A stretch of 64,000 nt of DNA from Utricularia gibba (Eukaryota > Plantae > Magnoliophyta): positions 2,542,001-2,606,000 of the forward strand of contig NEEC01000013.1 of the NCBI GenBank assembly GCA_002189035.1. Direction: 5' to 3'. Below the pieces are notes generated by a model. That model ran no database searches and was not told the DNA's origin. It saw nothing but the letters and a program-made list of their open reading frames with translations. This document shows positions 37,625 through 49,734 of this stretch, in pieces. Each line of letters starts with the position of its first letter. The stretch's first letter is position 1. Both the position numbers and the translations under genes were made by a program.

Positions 37625-38650
37625 CACCGTTCTGTGACTCCAGTTACACCAAATTCGCAATCTAGAGAGCGAGACGAGAGTGGAATCAGAAACATGAGAG
37701 AATTCACGAGAGAGAAAATGGCGTGATCGCCATGGCGGCTCCAAAATGAAAGCACCCTAACCGCCTCGATGTCAAATGAATGAATTTACAATTCGTACGT
37801 GTGACGATTTCAAATTGGGAAGATTGAAGACTTCATATTGGGCGTCAATTTCTTACACAAAAATATCCCCAAATTAATTCTTTTTATTACCAATTTAAAT
37901 TCATATATTATATTTAAAAACACATCTCATGAATTCTTCAATTAAATTCATCAAATATTAATAATTCTTTTTTTTTTTGGTAATCGAGATAGTAATTCGA
38001 CCGGTTTTATAGGTATTGACCAGTTGACTAATCAATTCAGAAAGTGACAATTAACTTTTAAAAATAAAATTATGAAGTATACCTATAAAATTTATATTGC
38101 ATTTATCCTATATAATTTTATAAGATATTCAATCCATACGTATTAATTTTTTATACTTATATCGATATCTTAGAAAATATATTTTTTCACGAAACTTTTT
38201 GTGTTCGTCTTTGTTTTCTTAAAGATATGAATATCTTTCACACAAATGCATCTATTTCAGAGTTCTTAAGTGTAACATATTGCCTATTGTTAAAAGAAAT
38301 ATGGTATGAATTCATTAAATATAAAACGAATATAGTATGTTTTTCATGTATATGTATATATACACAAAATATGGTATGAAACAAGTATGTGAATTTCTTT
38401 CCTTGAACAATTTGTATATGAACGCAGATGATCCCATACAGTCTGAGGAAAGTGGCTGCCTACAAGTCTCTCACAAGCCATGTGCTTGCACAGGAAAGGA
38501 AAGTCCAAAGTTCTCGCTTTACAGATGCCTACACAGTTTCTGTATCAGGCTCAGGCTCCTGAGACCTACAAGGGGAGCAATTGGATCCACCATTGATGGA
38601 ATCCCACTCTGTAACTGAGATGAGGAAGAAATGCAGGAGCTGTTGGTACC

Positions 38651-40404
38651 TCAACCCTCGCTCCCCTCAGGAAGTGTAATCAGACGTGTCTTGGAATCAT
38701 ACAACAGTTCTGTCGCGCAGCTGATGAGACAAGACGGTGGGATGATGAAACAAGGAAGCCACAATTTCACATGCCATTGGATGAAGGAAATGACTGACTT
38801 ACTTTGAGCATTTCACGGTGTTGATGGTTCCCCGCTGGATATTGAGAGTATGGTACCGAAGAAGGAATTGTTTTCAGTGCCACAGTTTGGACAGGGTCCC
38901 TGAACACAGTGAAGGCTCAACTTTCTTCCCACATGAAAACTGAAAGAAATGAGGGAAAGAAACTTGCCACCAAGATTAGAAAGTCTTTCACTATGAAGTT
39001 TGTTAGGGTGAAAGATAGCCACAGGATGACGGGCAAAGCAGCAAACCATGTGAAGAGGAAACTAAACGGCTCTGGGAGCTGCGTGAGGTATCAGCACCAT
39101 GAAAGCACCTGATGCATCTCATCTATCTGTATAGAAATAGATCTATCGGATCACTGTATTATTACCTCTAAGAGATATGTGATCTCAAAGCCAGTCAAGT
39201 CATCGAGAAAGAAAAACCTGAAAGAAGTAGGCAGGCAGCGCATTTCATGTTTTCACTCGAATGTAAAGTTTTTAAGATAGCTATATTTATAAACTTACAG
39301 TCCCAATGCAACAAATGCAGCTGGCACATTCAGTAGGAACATCTTGAGGTAATCAACAGAAAGGTCACTGTAAACCTGCAGAACAACATTGAAGGAGAAT
39401 GAATGGCAATTATAATTTCATACCACCGAGACAAGGGAAAGTGAGGATGAGTAACCTTTCGACTGCGGAGACTGCATCGAGGACCCTCCACCACTATTTC
39501 ACTGCCATCCTCCTACAAAATCCAGCATGCAAATAGACAGTAAACAGAACTGCAAAAGCTAGCAGTTTTAGACAAGATTACTGGGCATTGGATCATTTTC
39601 ATTCATACCTTAAGTTTCTGTTTCAACTTGTCAAACTCTTCATCGGACAAAATTGGATTCCCTGATGCATAAGCTATTGAAGCTTCTAGAAATCTCTGCT
39701 CATCAGCACCTATGCCAAGCCAGAGCATGTAAAACAAACTTCATGAGGCAACACCAAGAGCTTAATAAGCCCTTTAAGCCAGAGTATGGACCGAACAAAG
39801 CACTATAGAGTCAGATAATGCAACAGCAATTTACTTAGCATAACCACACTGCTTCCTTCCCACATAAGTTCTTCCTTGAGGTTGTCAAATTCCTCATTGG
39901 ACATGATAGATTTTCCCTCATAATAAAAAGCCTATTGTTCCGGAAAACATGATTAGATTTCAAGAATCAAAATAAAAAACAAAATGACGCCAAGATCTTT
40001 GGTTCCGTCACCTGCAGTGCCTGAAGGAATTCTTGTTCCATTTCACCAAGACTCCTTTTCTGCTTCTGATCAATGCTGCAATACGGCAACACATTGCTGT
40101 CAACAACTTCATCTTGTTTGACCTGGCCTGAAAATATACTGCCAATTCAACAATAGCCCAGCAAACAGTGTCCAAAAAACTAAACAAATTGGTTTGATCA
40201 TGAGTAAAACAGACCCGGTTGATCCGCAGTGGCCTTAGGGGCTACAACGAAAATCCGGCGGTGGAAGAACTGCTTGCTGAGGCGAAATTGAAGCTGAGGT
40301 GCAGCGGAGGGTAAAGAAGAAACATGAAAAATTGGGTTCCTGAAGTTGGATGAAAAGTGGCTCCTCGGAATCGGTACGGCGCAGCCGAGAAGTTTCGAAG
40401 CCAT
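38651..40404 (-). CDS. PGRL1: PGR5-like protein 1 (thylakoid cyclic electron flow), apparent 1-nt deletion at 38830-38833
   Basis: Transit peptide, LPYCSID, SLGEMEQEFLQALQ, AFYYEGKSIMSNEEFDNLKEELMWEG, GPRCSLRS, LPEPFSFLFTWFAA, GPCPNCGTEN, and the end LITLPEGSEG*. Confidence 0.93.
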
Positions 40405-40576
40405 TTCCGGCGGAAGGGAAATGGAATGAAGGGGTTTTGGGAAGATGCGTTCGGCGAAAAACGAGATTTCATGGGGTCAGCACGCCGGAGATAAGGCAAC
40501 CGAGATTGTGTGGAGCGAATGAAATCAACCAGAACTCTGTGTAGTCCGTTTAGCCACCTAACGAATCTCAAAGTGC

Positions 40577-40666
40577 CACGTGGATAGTATATTTATAGCT
40601 ATTTTGGTTTTTCTGTTTATCCCCAGTTCCAACTTACACATGCCTCTTCCAGGCCAAACGGATAAG
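40577..40666. promoter_or_regulatory. G-box (GCCACGTGG, core 40577-40582) and I-box (GATAAG, 40661-40666) in a divergent promoter
   Basis: Exact motifs lie between two ATGs only about 290 bp apart. Confidence 0.55.
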
Positions 40667-40691
40667 CAGGGGTGTTTTGGCTGACACAGTC

Positions 40692-42078
40692 ATGGCCGTT
40701 CTCATCAGCTTCAACTTGGCTATTTCAGTCATCGCCTCAAAATCTGCAGCCCGGAGAAACGCAGTGACCAAAATACGGTGCATAGGATGGGTGAGTCTTC
40801 TTCTTCCTTTGTGCAGATGGGCTGTTCGTTGAAATGTCTAGCACAAGTTCCAATAAGTTTTGTGTGCTGTCATTAGTGTCAATATGTTGTTTTGATGTGT
40901 GAAGGAAGGACCCGGAAGGTATACTGGGCGCTCCCCAGTCAGGTCATATAGCCAAGTTAGAATTCAAGAGACGCCTTCAGAAGGATGTCAAGGCCAGAGA
41001 AGCTTTCGAGCGCCAGGTCCGTGAGGAGAAGGAGCGAAGAAGGGCTCTTCGTGAGGTATTTAATGCTTTTTTTTTTTTCTTAATCAGATTCTTTTTTTGT
41101 AGTTGCTGTACGAAGTCAACTTCTGATTCTATGAATTTGTTGATATTTGCATTGCATATCAACGAAGTCTGACATAGATTATTTGCTGCTCGTTCATAAT
41201 GAATTCTTAAATTAGTCTAGAGTCATACCAGAGAGCACAGAGAAGTTGGTTGAGTATCTTCTTGACACTGAGGCACAGGAAATAGAATTTGAGATTGCAA
41301 GATTGAGAACCCGGTTAGTCCTAATGCATATTCTAGGATTTGTATACTTTTAATATGAAGTTAACTGAATATTTCATCTCATTTACAGACTGAACGAAGA
41401 ATTCTTTTCCCATCTGGAGCTTGAATTGGGGAAACTGCGGTTTGCTGTCTCCAAGACTCAGGTATTCTTCGACTGAGACATAATCTTTTCCTTTTTCAAC
41501 TCAGCATTGCATTGGATGGCATGGTCTGCAGGAGACTGAAGACCGCGTAATCGAACTGGAAGCACTTCAGAGAGCTCTGCAGGAAGGAGTAGGTAAGCGT
41601 TAAACCACTCTATAGATGAAAGTATTCTCCAAGCTTATATGACCATGTTTCTGAATCAATGTCCACAGAAGCATATGACAAAATGCAATCGGAGCTCATC
41701 AAGGCAAGGGAGAGCTTGACAAAGCTTTTAACTTCCCAAGATGTTAAAACTACGGTAACTTATATCAGGATGAATTTCCGAATGCAACTTACTTGTGCTT
41801 GCGCTGATGAAAATGAAAACGCATATGGGATTTTGCAGTTGCTGGACATGGTTGAGCAAAATGAGTTGAACAGATCGTTGTTAACCCTACTCGATGAGAA
41901 TATCGCAAGCGCGACTCGGGGCAACCAGGTGAGCAAAATCAGCTGTGGTACCTTCAAATGCACTACACAAGTTTGTTTTTCTGGTATACTGATGCATCTC
42001 TGTCCTCATCTCCAGATTCAAGCTGCTGAATACATGGAGAAAATTCGTGGAGCTTTGGTCAAGTATATCACTGTTTGA
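40692..42078 (+). CDS. Uncharacterised, probably plastid-targeted helical protein, 8 exons, about 230 aa (possibly the At1g62780 orthologue)
   Basis: Eight exons join in frame through GT-AG introns: transit-peptide-like N-terminus, CIGW|DPEGILGAPQSGHIAKLEFKRRL, EIEFEIARLR, NRSLLTLLDENIA, ALVKYITV*. Confidence 0.85.
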
Positions 42079-42463
42079 TGCCTACTCTTGTAAAACCCTT
42101 TTCGTGAATCAAGTTGTTCAATAACCTCACTGTAGCTTCAGCTTGACTCGAATTGGATTCTTTACGTTGCTTAAATAATACAAAAATGGTTTTTTTTTAA
42201 ATAATTGTGTAATCGGAACCAGTTCCCAGGCCCAAGATGTGTTTTTGATGTGAAAGCCATAGAAGAGTTCTATGGACAGTGGAGAGACAGACAGCCCAAG
42301 TGAGAGCCACGGCTAATTGGAGTTATCATCAGGTCGCCAGTTTCCGATTGATCTTGGCCACACGAAATCCTATGAACAAGTTCCTTCTTTTCTCTGTTAT
42401 CGGTATAAGGTTCCTCCCGTGGTGGAAATAGAGCTGGGCGTGTGGTGATTTGGAGAAACGAGG

Positions 42464-45111
42464 ATGGCGGAGTCGTTGTTGAGCTTGTCCTCAAATGCTT
42501 CATCTACTCTTTGCATCTTCAATGGCTGTTCTCGGAGGCCATCATCGCCTCCCGTTTCTCGTTTTATGCGCCGTGAAAAAGCCGTCTGTGCTTCGAATGC
42601 TGGGCGTCTTTCATCTCCGTTTCTGGGCTCACTTTGCCACAGGTTCGCTTGCAGAAAGATGTCATTTTTGGCGCAGAATCAGCAAAGAAGGAACTTCTCT
42701 GTGCTCGCCATGGCCGCTGGTAATATTCCATAACCTGTAACTGTGTGATGAGTTATTGGGCGTTTTCTAGAATTGAGTTATATAGTTGAAGGACATGATA
42801 TGTGATCTATGTAGGCACCCATTTTTCCGAATTTCCTAGAAAGTGTAGCTGATCATACCTTTTGCTTCAAATTTTCTTAGAGGACAAGAGAACAGTGCCA
42901 CTAGAGGACTACCGGAACATTGGAATCATGGCACACATAGATGCTGGGAAAACCACCACCACTGAGCGGATCCTTTATTACACTGGTAGAAATTACAAAA
43001 TTGGTGAAGTCCATGAGGGAACTGCTACAATGGACTGGATGGAGCAGGAACAAGAAAGAGGGATTACTATTACTTCTGCTGCAACTACAACGTTTTGGAA
43101 CAAGCATCGCATCAACATAATTGATACTCCTGGTCATGTCGACTTCACACTGGAAGTGGAACGTGCTCTAAGGGTTTTGGATGGTGCAATCTGTTTGTTT
43201 GACAGTGTTGCTGGGGTGGAACCTCAGTCTGAGACTGTGTGGAGGCAAGCTGATAAATATGGTGTTCCAAGAATATGCTTTGTAAACAAAATGGACCGAC
43301 TTGGGGCTAATTTCTTCAGGACTGTAGATATGATTGTCAGTAACCTTGGTGCAAAGCCGCTAGTGATTCAAATCCCCATCGGTGCTGAGGATGTTTTTAA
43401 AGGAGTCGTCGACCTTGTGAACATGAAAGCAGTGGTTTGGTCTGGCGAAGAGTTGGGTGCAAAATTTTCATATGAGGATATTCCTGCTGATCTTCAGGAG
43501 TTGGCTCAAGATTACAGGTCCCAGATGCTTGAAACTATAGTTGAGCTAGATGATGCCGTCATGGAGAACTACCTGGAAGGAGTTGAGCCTGATGAGGCTA
43601 CCATCAAGAAGCTGATAAGGAAAGGAACCATTGGAGGTAACTTCGTTCCTGTTTTATGCGGTTCAGCTTTTAAGAACAAAGGAGTCCAGCCTTTGCTGGA
43701 TGCTGTTGTTGATTACCTGCCTTCTCCGGTTGACTTGCCATCCATAAAAGGGACTGACCCTGAGGATGCAGAACTGATAGTAGAGAGAAAAGCTAGTGAT
43801 GACGAACCGTTTGCAGGGTTGGCTTTCAAGATTATGAGTGATCCTTTTGTGGGCTCGCTCACGTTTTTGCGTGTGTATTCCGGGAAGCTTGATGGTGGAT
43901 CCTATGTCCTTAACGCAAACAAAGGGAAGAAAGAGAGGATTGGTAGACTCTTGGAAATGCATGCTAACAGCAGGGAAGATATTAAAGTAGCAGTGACGGG
44001 TGATATTGTAGCTTTAGCAGGCCTGAAAGATACCATAACAGGTGAAACCTTGTGTGACCAAGAAAAGCCTATTGTCCTTGAACGAATGGACTTCCCGGAT
44101 CCTGTGATAAAGGTCGCCATTGAACCGAAAACTAAAGCTGATCTTGATAAGATGACGGTTGGCTTGATCAAACTTGCTCAAGAAGATCCATCATTCCACT
44201 TTTCCCGAGATGAAGAGACAAACCAGACCGTGATCGAAGGAATGGGGGAACTGCATCTTGAAATCATCGTTGATAGGCTCAAGAGAGAGTTCAAGGTCTG
44301 ATCCTAGTGAAAACCAGAAAATCTATGTTCATTGGAGCTTTTCACAAGTAACTTTCTGATCCCATGCAGGTGGAGGCAAACGTGGGAGCACCTCAAGTGA
44401 ATTACAGGGAAAGCATTTCCAAGATCACAGAAGTCAAGTACGTCCACAAGAAACAATCCGGTGGAGCCGGGCAGTTCGCAGACATCACCGTCAGGTTCGA
44501 GCCAATGGAAGCCGGCAGTGGATACGAGTTCAAGAGCGAGATCAAAGGTGGTGCAGTTCCCAAAGAATACATCCCTGGCGTCATGAAAGGCTTAGAAGAA
44601 AGCATGTCCAATGGAGTCCTCGCCGGATACCCGGTGGTGGACGTTCGTGCAGTCCTGGTAGATGGCTCATACCACGATGTGGATTCAAGTGTTCTCGCAT
44701 TCCAGCTCGCCGCCAGGGGAGCTTTCCGGGAGGGCATCCGCAAAGCGAGCCCCCAGTTACTCGAACCAATCATGAAGGTGGAAGTCGTCACCCCTGAAGA
44801 CCATCTCGGAGACGTGATCGGCGACCTCAACTCCCGGCGCGGCCAGATCAACAACTTCGGAGACAAACCCGGCGGCCTGAAGGTACAACATCCATCCACA
44901 GAGCTTACAAGTACCAGCCCAGTGACATTTTCCTTGTGTTCAGGTGGTGGATGCGCTGGTGCCACTCGCCGAGATGTTCCAATACGTCAGCACGCTGCGA
45001 GGGATGACGAAGGGGCGCGCATCTTACACGATGCAGCTGGCGAAGTTCGATGTAGTCCCGCTGCATATTCAGAATCAGATGGCCTCCAAAGAGGAGGCCG
45101 TCGCTGCGTAA
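42464..45111 (+). CDS. SCO1: Chloroplast elongation factor G, 4 exons
   Basis: Transit peptide, then [63 protein letters not shown] and [25 protein letters not shown]. Confidence 0.96.
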
Positions 45112-45400
45112 TCTTTTTGCCCCTGCGTTTGCTGCAGGCAGCACCTGCCTGCATATACCAAAGCGATAAAATTATTGATTTTTTTTTTCTAATTTAATGC
45201 TTCCAGATTCTACCATTATTTCCCTGATAATTTTTATTAAATTTGAATAATTATACTTTATTTTTCGTTATATTTTTATAATAAATTAAATGGAATTCAA
45301 TTTAAAAATATAAATTAATCCAATTAGTTATTAGAAATGGAAACAGGTCCAGGTGCCCCCTTTGCATAGGCCAGGCAGCTAATCGTCACCCATTCACCTG

Positions 45401-45413
45401 GAACTTTCCAGAA
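45401..45413. promoter_or_regulatory. Perfect three-unit heat shock element GAA-ct-TTC-ca-GAA upstream of HOP; telo-box at 45492-45499
   Basis: Exact nGAAnnTTCnnGAAn about 135 nt upstream of the HOP ATG, which fits a heat-inducible co-chaperone. Confidence 0.8.
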
Positions 45414-45548
45414 GGCGTGCTTAGAACTCTCTCGTACATCCCACACCCTCGTCTTCGGTTGAAAAGGGGCGCGCTCTGCCACTCCTGCCACTAGGGTTTT
45501 TCTGGAATCGAAATCGTAATCGAGTTTTTGCTTGGGGACTGAAGAGCA

Positions 45549-48500
45549 ATGGCTGAGGAAGCCAAGGCTAAAGGTAACGCTGCTTTCTCATCTGGAAATT
45601 TTGAAGAGGCTATTCGCCATTTCACTGCTGCGATCAATTTGTCACCCACGAACCATGTTCTCTACTCCAATCGATCCGCTGCCTACGCATCTCTCAGCAA
45701 GTACTCTGAAGCGCTTACTGATGCGAACAAAACTGTCGAACTGAAGCCCGACTGGGGAAAGGGCTATTCGCGTCTGGGTGCGGCGTATATGGGTCTGCAC
45801 AAGTATAGCGACGCCGTTTCCGCTTATTCCAAGGGTCTTGGGGTAGACCCAAATAACGAGGCGCTTAAGTCGGGGCTTGCTGATGCGGAGGCTGCTGTGG
45901 CTCGCGGTTCCAGGTCGAGAGGTGGGCCGGGGGGGAATCCTTTCGCCGAGGCGTTTGGACCTGAGATGTGGGTCAAGTTGTCGACGGATTCCACTACCCG
46001 TGGGTATCTTCAGCAGCCTGATTTTGTGAAAATGATGCAAGATATTCAGAAGGATCCGAACAATCTCAACATGTATTTGCAAGATCAGAGAGTAATGCAG
46101 GCATTGGGGTTTTGTTAAATATTAAGCTTCAAACACGGAAGCCTGAGGAGGACTCTGAGATGCCGTCCGCTGAGGAGTCTAGCAAGGGGACACCGGAAAT
46201 GAAGAGGCCTGCAGCTGCGGAGGCTGAGCCAACGAAGGTTCAGAAGAAAGCGGAAATACAGCCTGAGCCTGAGGAAATGGACATACCAGATGAAGATAAG
46301 GATACACTGCAGAAGAAAAAGGAAGCGTTGAAGGAGAAGGAATCTGGCAATGCTGCATATAAACAAAAGAATTTTGAGTCAGCAATTCAGCACTATTCCA
46401 GGGCAATTGATCTTGATGACGAAGATATTTCCTTTTTGACTAACCGTGCTGCTGTTTACCTCGAAATGGGAAAGGTACAGTTTGTTGCCGCATTTCTTTT
46501 TTTGATCATAACGATCCTCATATTTATTGCTGAAAATCTGTTAGACGTACAGCAGACAGTTCTAGATAGTGCTTTTCCTGACATGATTTTTTCTTTGGTT
46601 TTTCACTCTTTGGTTTTGTCGTGTATACATGGCCGTACCTTAGACTGTACAAGGTAGCGCGCTTGATCTAATTTCTGCTGAAATCGTTGCAATTGTGCGC
46701 AAGTGCCTTGCATTTGTATGTGCCACAGTTGCAGCTGGTGAATCTTGCCTTGCTGACCCATGTAGTAGGATTCCCTTGAGCAGCTCCGTTTCCAACAGCT
46801 TATGCGCATAAGTGTAGAATTTGTCTTGTTTTACAAGCACGGAGTTATTCTCATCTCCTTTTTTTCCATATGGGTGCTTATTTCCTCTTTTGAGTGTCAA
46901 ACTATGAATATCCCAAGCATTAATCTATGAGTCTCTTGTTGATTTTAGAGTTTTTTAAAAGGTGAACAGTACACTGATATGGTACGCCTATGTAATAGGT
47001 CTCATTACTTTCACATTTACTGATTGCCTTTGTGATTCCTCTTGTTTCTCACTCATTGGTTGGAGGGAGGGCTCAGTGCTGTAGTCACTTGGGGTTAATT
47101 TCTATGCTGATTTGTAAAGGATCGCAAGCTATATCATTGCTAACGTACATGTTTTCACTTACAGTATGAGGACGCTATTGTGGATTGTGATAAAGCTGTA
47201 GAACGGGGTAGGGAATTGAGATCAGACTTCAAGATGATAGCCCGGGCATTGTCCAGAAAAGGAACTGCCTTGGTTAAATTGGCCAAGTGTTCTAAGGACT
47301 ATGATCCTGCCATTGAAACTTTTCAGAAGGCTCTCACAGAGCATCGCAATCCTGATACTCTAAAGAAATTGAATGATGCTGAGAAAGCAAAGAAGGACCT
47401 AGAACAGCAGGAGTACTTCAATCCTCAAATAGCTGATGAAGAACGCGAAAAAGGTGTGAAGCTAATTCGTCGTATAACATAGTTACAGTATTTATCTCAT
47501 ATTTCCAACCTTTCAGCATTTTCGTTGGTTTTCACATCATGTAGGAAACGAGTATTTTAAGGAACAGAAGTACCCAGAGGCTGTGAAGCAATATACAGAA
47601 GCAATAAAAAGGAATCCGAATGATCACAAGGTTCGTAGTGTATTTAACTTGTATCTTCTATGCGTTGGTAGAGCCTGGATTCCATGAATTGTGTGTTTGT
47701 TGAATGGTAGGCATACAGCAACAGGGCTGCATGCTACACAAAACTTGGTGCACTGCCCGAAGGGCTTAAAGATGCTGAAAGGTGCATCGAATTAGACCCT
47801 ACTTTCTCTAAAGGCTATACCCGGAAGGGGGCTGTCCAGTTTTTCATGAAGGAGTATGATAAAGCTTTAGAAACATACCAAGAAGGCTTGAAGCATGATC
47901 CTCAAAATCATGAGTTGCTTGATGGTGTCAGGAGGTACCCTCTCCCATTTTGTAACGGGTTGCTTAGCTTATTCTATTTTTTCACGTTTTCATGTTTGCG
48001 ATCTATCCTTGTAAGTTTATCTTGCTTTCAAATATTACTTAGAAGACGATGCGAACAACCTCAGTCTATTGTTTTTGTTGTTGACTTCTTTGTCTGTTGA
48101 TGCTAGTTTGTACTTGACACTGCGCCAATTGTGCAGATGTGTGGAGCAAATAAACAAAGCCAGCCGTGGAGATCTAAGCCCTGAGGAGTTGAAAGAGAGA
48201 CAGGTTTTTTATACATACATGCACACATGATTGTAGCAATGTCTACCAGATGGTAACTGAATTTACGTGTCTTTTAAAAAACTTCAGGCAAAGGCAATGC
48301 AGGACCCAGAGATCCAAAACATCCTGACAGACCCTGTAATGAGACAAGTAAGTGGGATTCAGATTTATTACCTGCTGAGAGCTCAATTATCCATCTGCGC
48401 CGAAAAAGATAAAAAGCAGAGTGGAATGAATGCTGATGGATAACATGGTATCGGAACGCAGGTGCTGGTCGATTTGCAGGAGAATCCAAATGCAGCGCAG

Positions 48501-48575
48501 CAGCACATGAAGAACCCACTCGTGATGCACAAAATTCAGAAATTAATCAGTTCAGGAATTGTGCAAGTGAGATGA
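45549..48575 (+). CDS. HOP: Hsp70-Hsp90 organizing protein (STI1), TPR1-DP1-TPR2A-TPR2B-DP2, apparent 1-nt deletion at 46106-46109
   Basis: MAEEAKAKGNAAFSSG, VLYSNRSAAYASL, DWGKGYSRLGAA, EKESGNAAYK, NPQIADEEREKG, AMQDPEIQNILTDPVMRQ and KIQKLISSGIVQVR*. Confidence 0.95.
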
Positions 48576-49150
48576 TCAATAAAAACTGGGATAACATATG
48601 AGGGAACTACCCAATGGCTCACTGCTGGTTGCTGAGTGTTAATTCTTTCTCCAACTTTTACTTGGAATTATTGTGAACCATCTGATGAACGCCATCATTT
48701 CTGTTTCTGTGCCCAACCCACCGCATCTCATGATACCCCCCAACCGCCCCATCTTCTTCTTCAATTCTGCTCAGCATTTTTTTTTCTCCCATTCGAATCT
48801 GGAAATGAATTATTAATTCGTTAGTGGAGTTTTGGACCCGGTTGTCTCAAGCCAACTCCACGATGAAACTGCTCTTTTAAGTTCCGGGGTTAGGATTTGA
48901 AAGTAATGTTGGTGAAAAGGTGGTAAGTATTTAGGTAGATCATCATGGATGATGAAGAGGTAAACCAGTATAATTGTTGAATGCATGAAATTATTCTGTC
49001 TGGTAGATTAGGAGTTAGCTACATCACAGATATGTGAGACAATGATGATGATTATAGCTGACATTTATGATTGAATTGATGTGGGGTTCCCATGTGGGTG
49101 GCAGCAGCACCATTTTTTCAACAATGGCTACGCCCATAATATTTCTCTTT

Positions 49151-49180
49151 CACACACACACACACACTCTCTCTCTCTCT
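49151..49180. repeat. Compound (CA)8(CT)7 microsatellite upstream of SKU5
   Basis: Direct reading of the sequence. Confidence 0.9.
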
Positions 49181-49734
49181 GGCTTTGAACAATCGGATCC
49201 GATCCATTCATCTTCCTTGTAATAAATAGCTGTTTGTGGGGTTACTCCATAACCGATAAAGCATTGGTTTCCATTGAATATGAAACTACTCCGTGGCGAG
49301 TTTTTGGAGTTTGTTGGTCGATTGTGAACTGTAAATTTGCTGTCTTTTCGTCTCAATCCTCTTTTTCTTAACTGTAAATTGGCTGTCTTTTGGGTTCCAA
49401 CCCACGCATTGTCACTCACATGTTGGCATTGTGTCCTCCTTTGAGGATTGAGGATTGAGGCCTTGTGGGTTTACACAGCAGTCTCTCTCCAGTTTGGCCG
49501 ACAGGAGTTACAGGGACGTCCCGTCTTTCAACCCTACTGCTTTGCTCTTAATCCACCGAAAACAAAACCCATTTGAACTTCACCCCCCTGCGCTGGTAAA
49601 AAGTGTGCTGCTTTCGTTCTCCTCGGCTTTCTCTTCTTTTTTCTGCTTCTCTGCTTTCGGATAACGCAAAAGCTAGGAAAAAAAGAGAGGTTGCATTTTT
49701 CTCTGAGAGCTTTGTGCTGCTTGCTGAATCCGAA

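Noticed and set aside
48824-49070. Short inverted repeat (gtggagtt/aactccac) and TGATGA/CTGA words downstream of HOP
   Set aside because: The stem is only 8-10 bp, and there is no coherent C/D box snoRNA layout or rRNA antisense element I can identify.
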